A stretch of 64,000 bases of DNA, from contig JBGTSF010000015.1 of the NCBI GenBank assembly GCA_041940425.1, positions 5,076 through 69,075 of the forward strand, read 5' to 3'. The notes beneath the pieces are model-generated. The model was not told the origin of the DNA. It did no database searches and worked only from the letters and a program-made list of their open reading frames with translations. A program made the position numbers and the translations under genes. Positions within the stretch are counted from its first letter, which is position 1. Every line of letters begins with the position of its first letter. This stretch comes from Pyrinomonadaceae bacterium (GTDB lineage: Bacteria; Acidobacteriota; Blastocatellia; Pyrinomonadales; Pyrinomonadaceae). This document shows positions 1 through 8,895 of this stretch, piece by piece.

Positions 1-122
1 GCGAGTTTTAATGTTTCGGTAAAATTCATAAACTAAATCATCGGACGAATATGTTATTGAATAATACGCAGGCACAAAATGCAAGGTTTATTTATTGTGA
101 CCCACAAAAACAATTAAGATTT

Positions 123-260
123 CGCCGAGAGCGCACGCCTCCTTGCGTGCAACGTCGCTGAAAGGGGCGTAAAAATCTTTACTTTTTTCAAGTTTAATTG
201 TAATGAACGCTTTTGAACGCTTTCGCGTTCATGCACGTGGGGATACGTGCGCTCCCGGCG
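123..260. repeat. Palindromic element copy E1 (138 nt). 29-nt inverted arms at 123-151 and 232-260 flank an 80-nt core with a hairpin at 214-231.
   Basis: Read directly. Arm cgccgagagcgcacgcctccttgcgtgca pairs with tgcacgtggggatacgtgcgctcccggcg, with 3 G-U wobbles on the + strand and 3 mismatches. The core ends tttgaacgctttcgcgttca. The reverse complement of the copy at 51285-51421 aligns arm for arm without gaps. Confidence 0.75.
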
Positions 261-266
261 AAAAAG

Positions 267-968
267 TTATTTATTTGATTTGAACAACTGCCAGAGCGCA
301 ATGAGATGCGAAAAAAGCACGAGCGGCACGATCACGGTCGGCAGCCAGACATACGGGAAATATAAAACCGCGCGGTTCGGCTGGTCGAATGCGAATTGTT
401 GGAACGGAAAGGGGAACGACAAAATCGCGTTTGTAACGATATTGACGAGCAGACCGAGCGCGATGAGATTCCAAAAAATCAAAAGCGGACGATTTATTTT
501 TCCCCCGCGAAAGGCGAGCCAGTAAACGAACGGTGCGGTGATGCCGGAAAGAATATCGAAGTTTCTGCCCTCGAACGTCATCAATTGCGGAATCAGTTTT
601 TGCTCGAAAAGCCAAAATAAAACGATCTCGACCGGAATTCGGATAACGTGCAGAAGCGTTAAAACTTTTAGCGAAAGTTTTTCGATGAAGTTCTGACGAA
701 AAAGAACGAAAAATAAAATTATCGTCAGAAATGCGGGAATAAATCCGAAGAGCAAAAGCCGCGGCGGAACAACATCTGTCTTGAGATAAAAACCGCCGAG
801 ACTCATCATGGCTTGAAAGATGAGCCAGAAAGCGATCAAAAATGTAATGAGTTTGGCGGGAAAAGTTTCAAAAACGGTTTGGCGAACGGCGTAGAGAAAA
901 AATCCGACGGTGAGAAAGACGGTAATGATAAATGTTACCGAAATATATGGCGGCAGATTTTCGATCAT
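267..968 (-). CDS. Polytopic membrane protein, family not recognised; last gene of the adaptor/ATPase operon
   Basis: 233-aa ORF with several long hydrophobic segments. Its start overlaps the stop of the upstream ATPase gene (965-968), which suggests co-transcription. Confidence 0.6.
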   Translation of the reverse strand: MIENLPPYISVTFIITVFLTVGFFLYAVRQTVFETFPAKLITFLIAFWLIFQAMMSLGGFYLKTDVVPPRLLLFGFIPAFLTIILFFVLFRQNFIEKLSLKVLTLLHVIRIPVEIVLFWLFEQKLIPQLMTFEGRNFDILSGITAPFVYWLAFRGGKINRPLLIFWNLIALGLLVNIVTNAILSFPFPFQQFAFDQPNRAVLYFPYVWLPTVIVPLVLFSHLIALWQLFKSNK

Positions 969-1699
969 TGCAGTTCGTCCGATTCGATGATTCCGTCCTT
1001 GATCGTAATAATTCTTTTGGCGCGAACGGCGATGTCGTGTTCGTGCGTTACGAGAATGATCGTGTTTCCTTCTTCCCAGAGTCTTTCGAACAAAGCCATG
1101 ATTTCGACGCTCGTTTTTGAATCGAGCGCGCCGGTCGGTTCGTCGGCGAGCAGAATCGAAGGATGATTGACCAGAGCGCGGGCGATGGCGACGCGCTGAC
1201 GCTGACCGCCGGAAAGCTCGTTCGGGCGGTGCGTTACGCGGTCGGCAAGTTCGACCGCCGCCAGCGAAGCCTGAGCTTTTTCGTGCCTTTCGGACGCGCT
1301 CATTCCGGCGTAAATTAATGGAAGCTCGACATTATGCAGAGCCGTCGCACGCGGCAGAAGATTGAATGTTTGAAAAACGAAACCGATTTCCTTGTTGCGG
1401 ATTTTTGCCAATTCGTCGTCGGTCATATCGGAAACCAGATGGCTGTTGATCCAGTAATTTCCCTTGGTAGGCGAATCGAGACAGCCGATCAGATTCATCA
1501 AAGTTGATTTGCCCGAACCGGACGGACCGATGATCGCCAGATATTCGCCGCGTTTGACATCAAAGGAAACATCGCGCAGAGCATGGAGATTTTCGTTCCC
1601 CATCTTGTAGGTTTTCCAGATGTTCCGCATGCAGATCAGCGAATTCGGATTTGACGGCAGATGATAGCCGTTGTCGCCGTTTGTTTGTATTTCTTCCAT
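965..1699 (-). CDS. ABC transporter ATP-binding protein, MacB/LolD type
   Basis: Walker [10 protein letters not shown], signature [15 protein letters not shown], Walker [13 protein letters not shown]. Confidence 0.9.
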   Translation of the reverse strand: MEEIQTNGDNGYHLPSNPNSLICMRNIWKTYKMGNENLHALRDVSFDVKRGEYLAIIGPSGSGKSTLMNLIGCLDSPTKGNYWINSHLVSDMTDDELAKIRNKEIGFVFQTFNLLPRATALHNVELPLIYAGMSASERHEKAQASLAAVELADRVTHRPNELSGGQRQRVAIARALVNHPSILLADEPTGALDSKTSVEIMALFERLWEEGNTIILVTHEHDIAVRAKRIITIKDGIIESDELQ

Positions 1700-1704
1700 A
1701 AAAA

Positions 1705-3294
1705 CTAACTTCCGGGCGATGCTTCGCCTTCTTTTTTGGTCTGCTTTTTGACGATCTCGCCTTCTTTTAATTTATTTAGAACGCGGCTCGGACCGGTTAT
1801 CACCTGATCGCCTTCGCTCAGACCGCTCGTTATCTGAATATCGGCTTCGCCGGTGATTCCGGTTTCGACCTCAACAAATTTCACCTTATTGCCTTCAAGA
1901 ATATAAACGCCTTTGACGGTTTTCGGTTTTTCAGCCGTTTCTGCCGGAGGGACATCGCCTTCGACGGTCGGGCTGGGTGAAGCGTCGGGTTTTTTCTCGA
2001 TCACTGCCTGGATCGGAACGGCGACGACGTTATTGACGGTCTTTGTATTGATAACGGCGGTCGCGCTCATTCCCGGTCGAAGTCCCGCTTTTATTTCGTC
2101 GGGAAGTTCGGCGAGCTCGATAACGACGCGGAATTCCTTTGCTTCCTGAACATTAATATTCGTCGAAAGACCGCCCGAAGTTTGCGATTTACCGACCGCA
2201 AGCGGCGTTTTCTGCGAAACTTTTCCGACGAGTTCTTTTTCGCCGAACGTATCAACTTTGATAACCGCATCCTGACCAACCTCGACTTTATCAATTTCGG
2301 TTTCGTCAACTTTGACTTCGACATTGATCGAAGACATATCGGCAATCGTCAAAAGCGGCGTCGAAGAAAGATTCGCCGTGGCGAATGTTCCGACTTTGGA
2401 AGGAATTTCCGCGATGATGCCGCTGATCGGAGCGAGTTGTAAAGTCTTGTCGCGCTGGTCGCGCTGGGCGCGAAGCGATGCCGCCTGCTGTTGAGCGCGA
2501 TCCGCGCTGGCATCCGCGCTGTAGCTTGCGGTTTCCACGCCGCGCCGCGCGTCGCGCACGGCAACTTCCTGCTGGCGAACTCTGGCGCGGGCTTCTTTGA
2601 CACGCGCTTCGGCTTCGTTGACCGACAATCTTTGCGATTGAAGACGCGCCTGCGCGTTTCTCAAAGATGCCTGCGCGTTTGCCACGCGGTCTTTTGCCTG
2701 ATCGTATTCGAGCCGGGAAATTACACCGTTTTCAAGCAGTTCTTCCGAGCGTTTTAATTCGCGGTTGGCGGCATTTAATTCGACTTCGGCGCGGTCAACT
2801 TCGGTCTGCGCGGCGACGACCTGCTGACGAGCCGTTGCGACCTGCTGAATCGCCGTATCAACCGACGCTTCCGAAGCGTTCAATCCCTGCTGTGCCTGTG
2901 AAAGTTGGTTTTGCGCCGCCGAAATTTGCGAACGCTGAACCTGAGTTTCGTTTAAAGCGGCTTGATAAGCGGCGAGCTGGGCTTCGGTGCTTGATTGAAG
3001 CTGTGTCGGGTCAAGTTTGACAAGCTGCTGCCCCTGTTCGACCGGATCGCCTTCTTTGACGAAAATCTCGACGATCCTGCCCTGCACCTCGCTGGTCAGA
3101 TTGATATACTGCACGGGACGAATCTCGCCCGGAGCGGTTACGGTTGATTTAAGCGTCGGGCGCGTTTTTACTTCGACGACCGTTACTTCCGACACGTCCT
3201 TGCGGGTCGCAAAAACGGTCGCGGCGATGATGATCGCCAGTAAAACGACCGCAGAAATACCGATTATAATTTTTCCTTTTCGGCTGAGTGCCAT
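1705..3294 (-). CDS. HlyD/MacA-family periplasmic adaptor (membrane fusion protein) with a long coiled coil
   Basis: N-terminal membrane anchor ([21 protein letters not shown]), a long Q/A/R-rich coiled-coil segment and a C-terminal beta-rich region. It lies 5 nt upstream of the ABC ATPase gene. Confidence 0.8.
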   Translation of the reverse strand: MALSRKGKIIIGISAVVLLAIIIAATVFATRKDVSEVTVVEVKTRPTLKSTVTAPGEIRPVQYINLTSEVQGRIVEIFVKEGDPVEQGQQLVKLDPTQLQSSTEAQLAAYQAALNETQVQRSQISAAQNQLSQAQQGLNASEASVDTAIQQVATARQQVVAAQTEVDRAEVELNAANRELKRSEELLENGVISRLEYDQAKDRVANAQASLRNAQARLQSQRLSVNEAEARVKEARARVRQQEVAVRDARRGVETASYSADASADRAQQQAASLRAQRDQRDKTLQLAPISGIIAEIPSKVGTFATANLSSTPLLTIADMSSINVEVKVDETEIDKVEVGQDAVIKVDTFGEKELVGKVSQKTPLAVGKSQTSGGLSTNINVQEAKEFRVVIELAELPDEIKAGLRPGMSATAVINTKTVNNVVAVPIQAVIEKKPDASPSPTVEGDVPPAETAEKPKTVKGVYILEGNKVKFVEVETGITGEADIQITSGLSEGDQVITGPSRVLNKLKEGEIVKKQTKKEGEASPGS

Positions 3295-3541
3295 CTTTAT
3301 TTTTTCCTTTTGGGTTAATTAGTTTCAAAAATTACATTTACGCAAATGAATTCGATGCTCGCGTCTGGCAATTGTTACGACCAGATTAAAAAAAGAGTTT
3401 CAAAAAAATGGAGACGGCGCAATGTTTGTGATTGCAAAAATTTTATTCTAAACTTTTTCTGTCATTTACGAACAGTTAATTAAAGGATAAAATAAACCAG
3501 AAAACTATTCATAACATAGAAACAAAAAAGGTAGATTAAAA

Positions 3542-4108
3542 ATGATAATATGTCAGGCGTGCGGTTCAAAACAATCGGACAATTCGCAATTCTGTGATGA
3601 ATGCGGAACCAGGTTGAACCGTCAAACCGAAACGTCGGGTGTTCAAACCAAAATGTCCGAATCGCCGTTTTATCAACCGGCAAATGTTACTTCAGTCGGT
3701 ATTCCGCCGATTTCGGATGATCAGGAAAACGAGGAAGATTCGCTTGTCGAAGCCGAAAAATCGGACAATAAAAACGTGCACGCCAGTTTGGTTATTGAAC
3801 GCGGCAGTTCGGTCGGTAAGGAATTTGTTCTGGTTTCGGATGAAAACTATATCGGTCGCTGGGATGCGGATAACGGAGTTTTTCCCGATGTTGACCTTGA
3901 CGCTTTTGACAGCGAAGCCAAGGTTTCTCGACGGCATGCGCGGATAAATTTAAAAAACGGTGTATATTCAATCGAAGATTTAGGTTCGACCAACGGAACA
4001 TATGTCAATCGCGGACGACGTCTGATTCCTGGAACTCCGCACCGTTTAACTGACGGCGACGAGATTATCGTCGGGAAAACTTTTTTGCGATTTTATATAA
4101 ACCAATAA
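3542..4108 (+). CDS. Zinc-ribbon plus FHA domain protein
   Basis: N-terminal CQAC-x10-CDEC zinc ribbon. C-terminal FHA motifs (IGR, SRRHA, GSTNGTYVN). Confidence 0.85.
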   Translation: MIICQACGSKQSDNSQFCDECGTRLNRQTETSGVQTKMSESPFYQPANVTSVGIPPISDDQENEEDSLVEAEKSDNKNVHASLVIERGSSVGKEFVLVSDENYIGRWDADNGVFPDVDLDAFDSEAKVSRRHARINLKNGVYSIEDLGSTNGTYVNRGRRLIPGTPHRLTDGDEIIVGKTFLRFYINQ

Positions 4109-4134
4109 ACCTATTTTGAAGACCTTTTAAAACA

Positions 4135-6477
4135 ATGAATTTTTGTCACGAATGCGGTTCAGAAATCGCCGAAATCGAAGCCTTTTGCCCATTTTGCGGA
4201 ATATCGCTGAAACCGGCTGAAGTTTCCGAAAGTGTGTCCGGTGAACAGGACAAAACGATTGCCGTAAATCAAACGGATTTTGAGAAACAATTGCCGCCAT
4301 CGAATGCCGGTCAGGATGAAAAGAATATCGAGGCTTCGGTTTCAAATAGCGAACTTGATATAAACGACGGTATGCCGGTTAATGCGGAATCCGACTTAAA
4401 AACCGGAGCGGAAGATTCCGAACCTGTTGAAAGCCAGCCGAAAAAAGAATTGGAAAATAAAGCCGATTTTTCCGATATTTCCGAACCGGCTCAACCAGCC
4501 GAACAAGTCGAGTCAACAGAGAAAACAGCGTTGCCCACAGATGCGACTTTAGTAGATATTCCAAAGCCGCAGGTTTCGGATGGATCGGTTGAAAACGCAG
4601 AAAAAAACGTGGCTGAGGAAAAAATATCCCAACCTGTAGCTCAGGAATCTGTTTCCAAAACAGACGCGCAGGTTGTTGATTCGGTAGTTACCGAGCCGGA
4701 ACCGCAAGCGAAGTTAGAAGAAACTTCTTCGGATTCGCAGTTGCCGGATGAAGAATATGTACAAACGGTTCCATACGTTAATTATCAGGAATTAACGAAT
4801 GCCGAATCGGTTGAAAACGAATCGCCGGCGCGGAGTGCCGAAGATTTAAAAGCCGAAACCGAAAACGAACCGGAAATTGAAAAACCCGAAATTCCAGTCG
4901 AAGAAGCCGAAAATCGCGACACGACTTTTGATTCGGTCAAAATTAGAGAAGACGAAGATGAAAATGCTGAGGATTCTAAATCATTTATTTCCACTGATGA
5001 CATTAAATTAGAAGCGGAATCTCAAATCGTTGAGAGCGAAAAAGAACGCCCGCAGACGACGCCGAACATCGGAGTCGGCGATACCGACGGGCGCAAATCG
5101 CCGAAACTCAAGCCGCTCGATGAAGGAACTGTTTTAAACGGCAGATACGAGATCGTCCGCAAAATCGGCGGCGGCGGAATGGGCGCGGTCTATCTGGCAA
5201 CGGACAGAAATCTCGGCGGCATACTTCGCGCCGTCAAGGAAATGATCCAGTCCTACATCGAAGAAGAACAGCAGGACAAAGCGATCAGCGATTTTAAGCG
5301 CGAATCAATGCTCCTGACATCGCTCGACCATCCTTCGATCCCGACGATCTACGATTATTTTTACGACGAAAAAGAAGGCAGATTTTACCTTGTGATGAAG
5401 TATATTTCAGGCGGCGATCTCGCATCGCGTCTGCGCTCCGCGCCCGAAGGTCGGATTGACGAAGAAACGGTCGTCGGCTGGGCGATTCAGATCGCCGACG
5501 TACTCGATTACCTGCACAATCGTCAGCCGCCGATCGTTTATCGTGATCTGAAACCCGCCAATATCATGATTGACGGCAACACGGGACGGACGATGCTCAT
5601 TGATTTCGGCATCGCGCGCTGGATCAACAAAGAGGAAAAAGGCGTAACGGCAGTCGGGACGATGGGCTACGCGCCGCCCGAATTGTTCAGCGGCAAAGTC
5701 GAACCGTCGTCGGATATATATTCTCTGGGTTCGACGATATTTCATCTTTTGACCGGAGCCGACCCGCAAAGCAATCCCTTGCTGATTTTCGATTTTCAGA
5801 AACATCCGCGCCCGCGCCAGATCAATCCGCAGCTTTCGGATCAGATCGAGAAGATTTTGATGAAAATGGTCGAATACAATGCCGAAAAGCGTTATAAATC
5901 CGCCGGTGAAGTGCGTGATGTGCTGACAAAACATTATGAAAATTTAAAGGGCGGAAAAATAACTTACGGCGTTTCAAAAACCCCGAGCGCGGTTTCATTT
6001 TCCGAACAGATGGTTTTTTGCGGTTTCTGCGGGCAGAAAATCGTCGCCACCGATATGTTCTGCGCTTTTTGCGGTTCGAAACAGCCGCTTGCCCAGCAGG
6101 GCGTTCATTCCGCCGAATATCATCTGCCGCAGACGACCGCGAAACTGATGATCCTGGGAACGAACGAACTTGAAACGCCGACATTCGTAATCGAAAAAGA
6201 TGACAATTTGCTTGGACGGCGCGATCCGCTTTCGAATATTTTTCCTGAAATTGATTTGTCGAAGTTCGATCCGCAGACGAAAATTTCCCGCCGCCACGCG
6301 CATATCTGGCGCGAAGGCAACGAATTTATGATCGAGGATCTGGGAAGTTCGAACGGGACGCTCGTGATGCGCGTGGTCGGCGATGCGGTCAAACTCAATC
6401 CGCATCAGCCTCATACATTGATAAACGGAGAAAAGATCAAGGTCGGTGATACGACGCTTCATTTCGTTGTCGGTTAA
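4135..6477 (+). CDS. Hanks-type Ser/Thr protein kinase with an N-terminal zinc ribbon, an acidic disordered linker, a second zinc ribbon and a C-terminal FHA domain
   Basis: Zinc ribbon CHEC-x10-CPFC. Kinase motifs GGGGMGAVY, AVKE, YRDLKPANI, DFGIAR, GTMGYAPPE. Second ribbon CGFC-x10-CAFC. FHA motifs LGR, SRRHA, GSSNGT. Confidence 0.9.
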   Translation: MNFCHECGSEIAEIEAFCPFCGISLKPAEVSESVSGEQDKTIAVNQTDFEKQLPPSNAGQDEKNIEASVSNSELDINDGMPVNAESDLKTGAEDSEPVESQPKKELENKADFSDISEPAQPAEQVESTEKTALPTDATLVDIPKPQVSDGSVENAEKNVAEEKISQPVAQESVSKTDAQVVDSVVTEPEPQAKLEETSSDSQLPDEEYVQTVPYVNYQELTNAESVENESPARSAEDLKAETENEPEIEKPEIPVEEAENRDTTFDSVKIREDEDENAEDSKSFISTDDIKLEAESQIVESEKERPQTTPNIGVGDTDGRKSPKLKPLDEGTVLNGRYEIVRKIGGGGMGAVYLATDRNLGGILRAVKEMIQSYIEEEQQDKAISDFKRESMLLTSLDHPSIPTIYDYFYDEKEGRFYLVMKYISGGDLASRLRSAPEGRIDEETVVGWAIQIADVLDYLHNRQPPIVYRDLKPANIMIDGNTGRTMLIDFGIARWINKEEKGVTAVGTMGYAPPELFSGKVEPSSDIYSLGSTIFHLLTGADPQSNPLLIFDFQKHPRPRQINPQLSDQIEKILMKMVEYNAEKRYKSAGEVRDVLTKHYENLKGGKITYGVSKTPSAVSFSEQMVFCGFCGQKIVATDMFCAFCGSKQPLAQQGVHSAEYHLPQTTAKLMILGTNELETPTFVIEKDDNLLGRRDPLSNIFPEIDLSKFDPQTKISRRHAHIWREGNEFMIEDLGSSNGTLVMRVVGDAVKLNPHQPHTLINGEKIKVGDTTLHFVVG

Positions 6478-6485
6478 AATTATTT

Positions 6486-7013
6486 ATGAAATCTGATTTA
6501 CAAAAAAAGTCTCCGGCGAAAAGGGCTTTGAGAACGGAAAGAATCGTCAAAGATTTTGACGCGGAACGCCTGAAAGCACCGTTTTTATTACGTTGCGGGG
6601 CTTTTTTGATTGATTATATTCTGCTCGTCATTATTCCTGTCATCGGACTTCTGATCGCGCGTTATTCGGGCGACGACGGCGCGAAACTGCTTAATAGCGA
6701 AATCAACAGCACCGGCTGGCTGATCGCACTGCTTTTGGGTTTGACCAATTTCGTCATCTTTCCGATGTTCAGCGGGCAAACGATCGGAAAATTTCTGACC
6801 GGTTTGAGAGTTGTCAATATGGACGGCGAATTTCCCTCTTTTTGGAAACTTCTTCTCAGACATTCGGTCGGATATTTTCTGACGCTTTTGACCGGCGGTC
6901 TGGGATTTTTACTTTCGGTTTTTAATCTCAGAGGTCGCGCTTTGCACGATTTTATCGCCGGAACGATCGTTATTTACGGACAGAGAAAAGAAACGACGGA
7001 GATCGTAAAATAG
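6486..7013 (+). CDS. RDD-family membrane protein
   Basis: 175 aa with three hydrophobic helices in the RDD-like layout (RCGAFLIDYIL ... LHDFIAGTIV). Starts 9 nt after the kinase gene. Confidence 0.7.
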   Translation: MKSDLQKKSPAKRALRTERIVKDFDAERLKAPFLLRCGAFLIDYILLVIIPVIGLLIARYSGDDGAKLLNSEINSTGWLIALLLGLTNFVIFPMFSGQTIGKFLTGLRVVNMDGEFPSFWKLLLRHSVGYFLTLLTGGLGFLLSVFNLRGRALHDFIAGTIVIYGQRKETTEIVK

Positions 7014-7054
7014 AAGGACTTTGGTTTTTGTTCTTCGGATGAATTTGTGATGAG

Positions 7055-8821
7055 TTGTTTTTGATGATTTCATCAGACTTTAGAAAAAATCCAAAGCCCA
7101 AAGACCAAAAACCAAAGACCAAAGAATTTATTTTTACTATGCCCCAATTAGTCATAAAAGATACCGATCTCCCGAAAGAAACCTTCAATCTTTCGCGCCT
7201 GCGGACAACTATCGGTCGTTCGGCGCGCAGCGACATTTGTATTCCCGACGCTTTCGCCTCGCGCCTGCACGCCGAGGTCAGAAAAGAGGGCGACAGTTAT
7301 TGGCTGCAGGATCTGGGTTCGGCAAACGGGACGCGGTACAACGGTTCGGTCGTTTCGATGCCGATTCCGCTGACTTCCGGCGGCGAGATACAGATCGGAG
7401 AAACAGTACTCGTTTTCGAGGACGAAAAAGCGCAGGAAAAAAGAAGCGCGACCTTGATTGCCGAAAATACCGAAGCTCTCGACCCGTCGAAAACCATCGC
7501 CCTGACGCGGGAAAAAATGCCGACCGCCGAGATCCTCGAATCGCAGTTTTCAAGCCGCAACGAACTTCTCGGAATCATCAGCAAGGTCGGACTCGCTCTT
7601 TTGTCTTCCAGCGGTTTGAACGATACCTTGAATCAGGTTGCGTCGCTCGTTTTTGAAACCGTTCCGGCGGAGCGTTGTATGATTATGCTCCGCGATGAAG
7701 CGGCGGACGGCGGAATGAAAATTCTCGTCGCGCGGGTTCGCGGAAAAGACGAGCAGATTGAAGAAGTCAGGATCAGCCGGACGGTGATGGACGAAGTTTT
7801 GAAAAACGGCAAATCCGTTTTGACTTCCGATGCCCAGCACGATCCGCGTTACGCATCCCAAACGATGGCACTGCTCGGCATCCGCTCAGTTTTAGCCGTT
7901 CCGTTAAGCGTTCAGGAACAGGAAGTTTTCGGGATCGTTTACGCTGATTCGCCGACCTACGAAGCCACTTTTACCGAAGAACATCTGAACATTTTGACGA
8001 CGCTTGCTTCGGTCGCTTCGATTCGAATCGAGAACGCTCGTCTTTTGGAAGAAAGATTCGAACGCGAGAGAATGGAGCGCGAACTCGAACTCGCCACCGA
8101 AATTCAGCAGAGATTTCAGCCTTCGTCGCCGCCCGTAATTGACGGCTACGAGTTTCAGGGAATTTCTTTTTCCTGTTATGAGATCGGCGGCGATTATTAC
8201 GATTTTATCAACCGCCACGACGGAAAAATGCTCATCGCGCTCGGCGACGTTTCGGGCAAGGGAACTGCCGCCGCGCTTCTGATGTCGAGCGTGCACGCCG
8301 CGATCCACGCGCAGGTCGCCGCCAGAAATTCTCTTTTGGAAACGGTCGTTTCGGTCAATCAATATCTGGCGGAAAATACTCCATCAAATCGTTTTGTAAC
8401 GCTTTTTGTTGCCGAACTCGATCCCGAAACCGGAAAACTTCTCTATATCAACGCCGGACATAATCCGCCGCTGATCGGTCGAAAAGACGGTAATGTCGAG
8501 CAGCTCGGTTCGGGCGGGTTTCCGCTTGGAATTCTTCCGAATGCCGAATACGAACTCGGCGAAACTCAGCTAGAAAACGACGAAGCTCTGGTCATCTACT
8601 CGGACGGCGTTTCCGAAGCCGCCAATCTGACGGGTGAAGAGTTCGGTATCGAACGACTGACGGAAGTAATTAGTAAAAATCTGCACAAATCCGCTTCCGG
8701 CTTGCGCGACAAGATCGAATCTTCGCTTTCGAGCTTTACCCAATCCGCTCCCGCCGGCGACGACATAACTATGGTTATCGTCAAGAAAAATGCGGAATCC
8801 GTGTCTGTTCAAACAAGTTAA
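7055..8821 (+). CDS. FHA-GAF-PP2C (SpoIIE-type) Ser/Thr phosphatase; probable true start at ATG 7139
   Basis: FHA motifs (IGRS, SRLHA, GSANGT), a central GAF-like region, and C-terminal PP2C/SpoIIE motifs (GGDYYDF, GDVSGKG, YSDG, DDIT). The first 28 codons of the ORF-track model cover the heptamer repeat, so MPQLVIK at 7139 is the more likely start. Confidence 0.85.
   Translation: MFLMISSDFRKNPKPKDQKPKTKEFIFTMPQLVIKDTDLPKETFNLSRLRTTIGRSARSDICIPDAFASRLHAEVRKEGDSYWLQDLGSANGTRYNGSVVSMPIPLTSGGEIQIGETVLVFEDEKAQEKRSATLIAENTEALDPSKTIALTREKMPTAEILESQFSSRNELLGIISKVGLALLSSSGLNDTLNQVASLVFETVPAERCMIMLRDEAADGGMKILVARVRGKDEQIEEVRISRTVMDEVLKNGKSVLTSDAQHDPRYASQTMALLGIRSVLAVPLSVQEQEVFGIVYADSPTYEATFTEEHLNILTTLASVASIRIENARLLEERFERERMERELELATEIQQRFQPSSPPVIDGYEFQGISFSCYEIGGDYYDFINRHDGKMLIALGDVSGKGTAAALLMSSVHAAIHAQVAARNSLLETVVSVNQYLAENTPSNRFVTLFVAELDPETGKLLYINAGHNPPLIGRKDGNVEQLGSGGFPLGILPNAEYELGETQLENDEALVIYSDGVSEAANLTGEEFGIERLTEVISKNLHKSASGLRDKIESSLSSFTQSAPAGDDITMVIVKKNAESVSVQTS
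7091..7125. repeat. Tandem heptamer repeat (CCAAAGN) x5, with a complementary 12-mer upstream at 7019-7030
   Basis: Read directly: ccaaagc ccaaaga ccaaaaa ccaaaga ccaaaga. The segment ctttggtttttg at 7019-7030 is the exact complement of 7106-7117. Confidence 0.7.
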
Positions 8822-8895
8822 AAAATGTTGACCAATTTGTTTTGATGCATTAGAATTACAAAAGGCGAAATTCTTCGTCTTTCCGTAATTACCCA

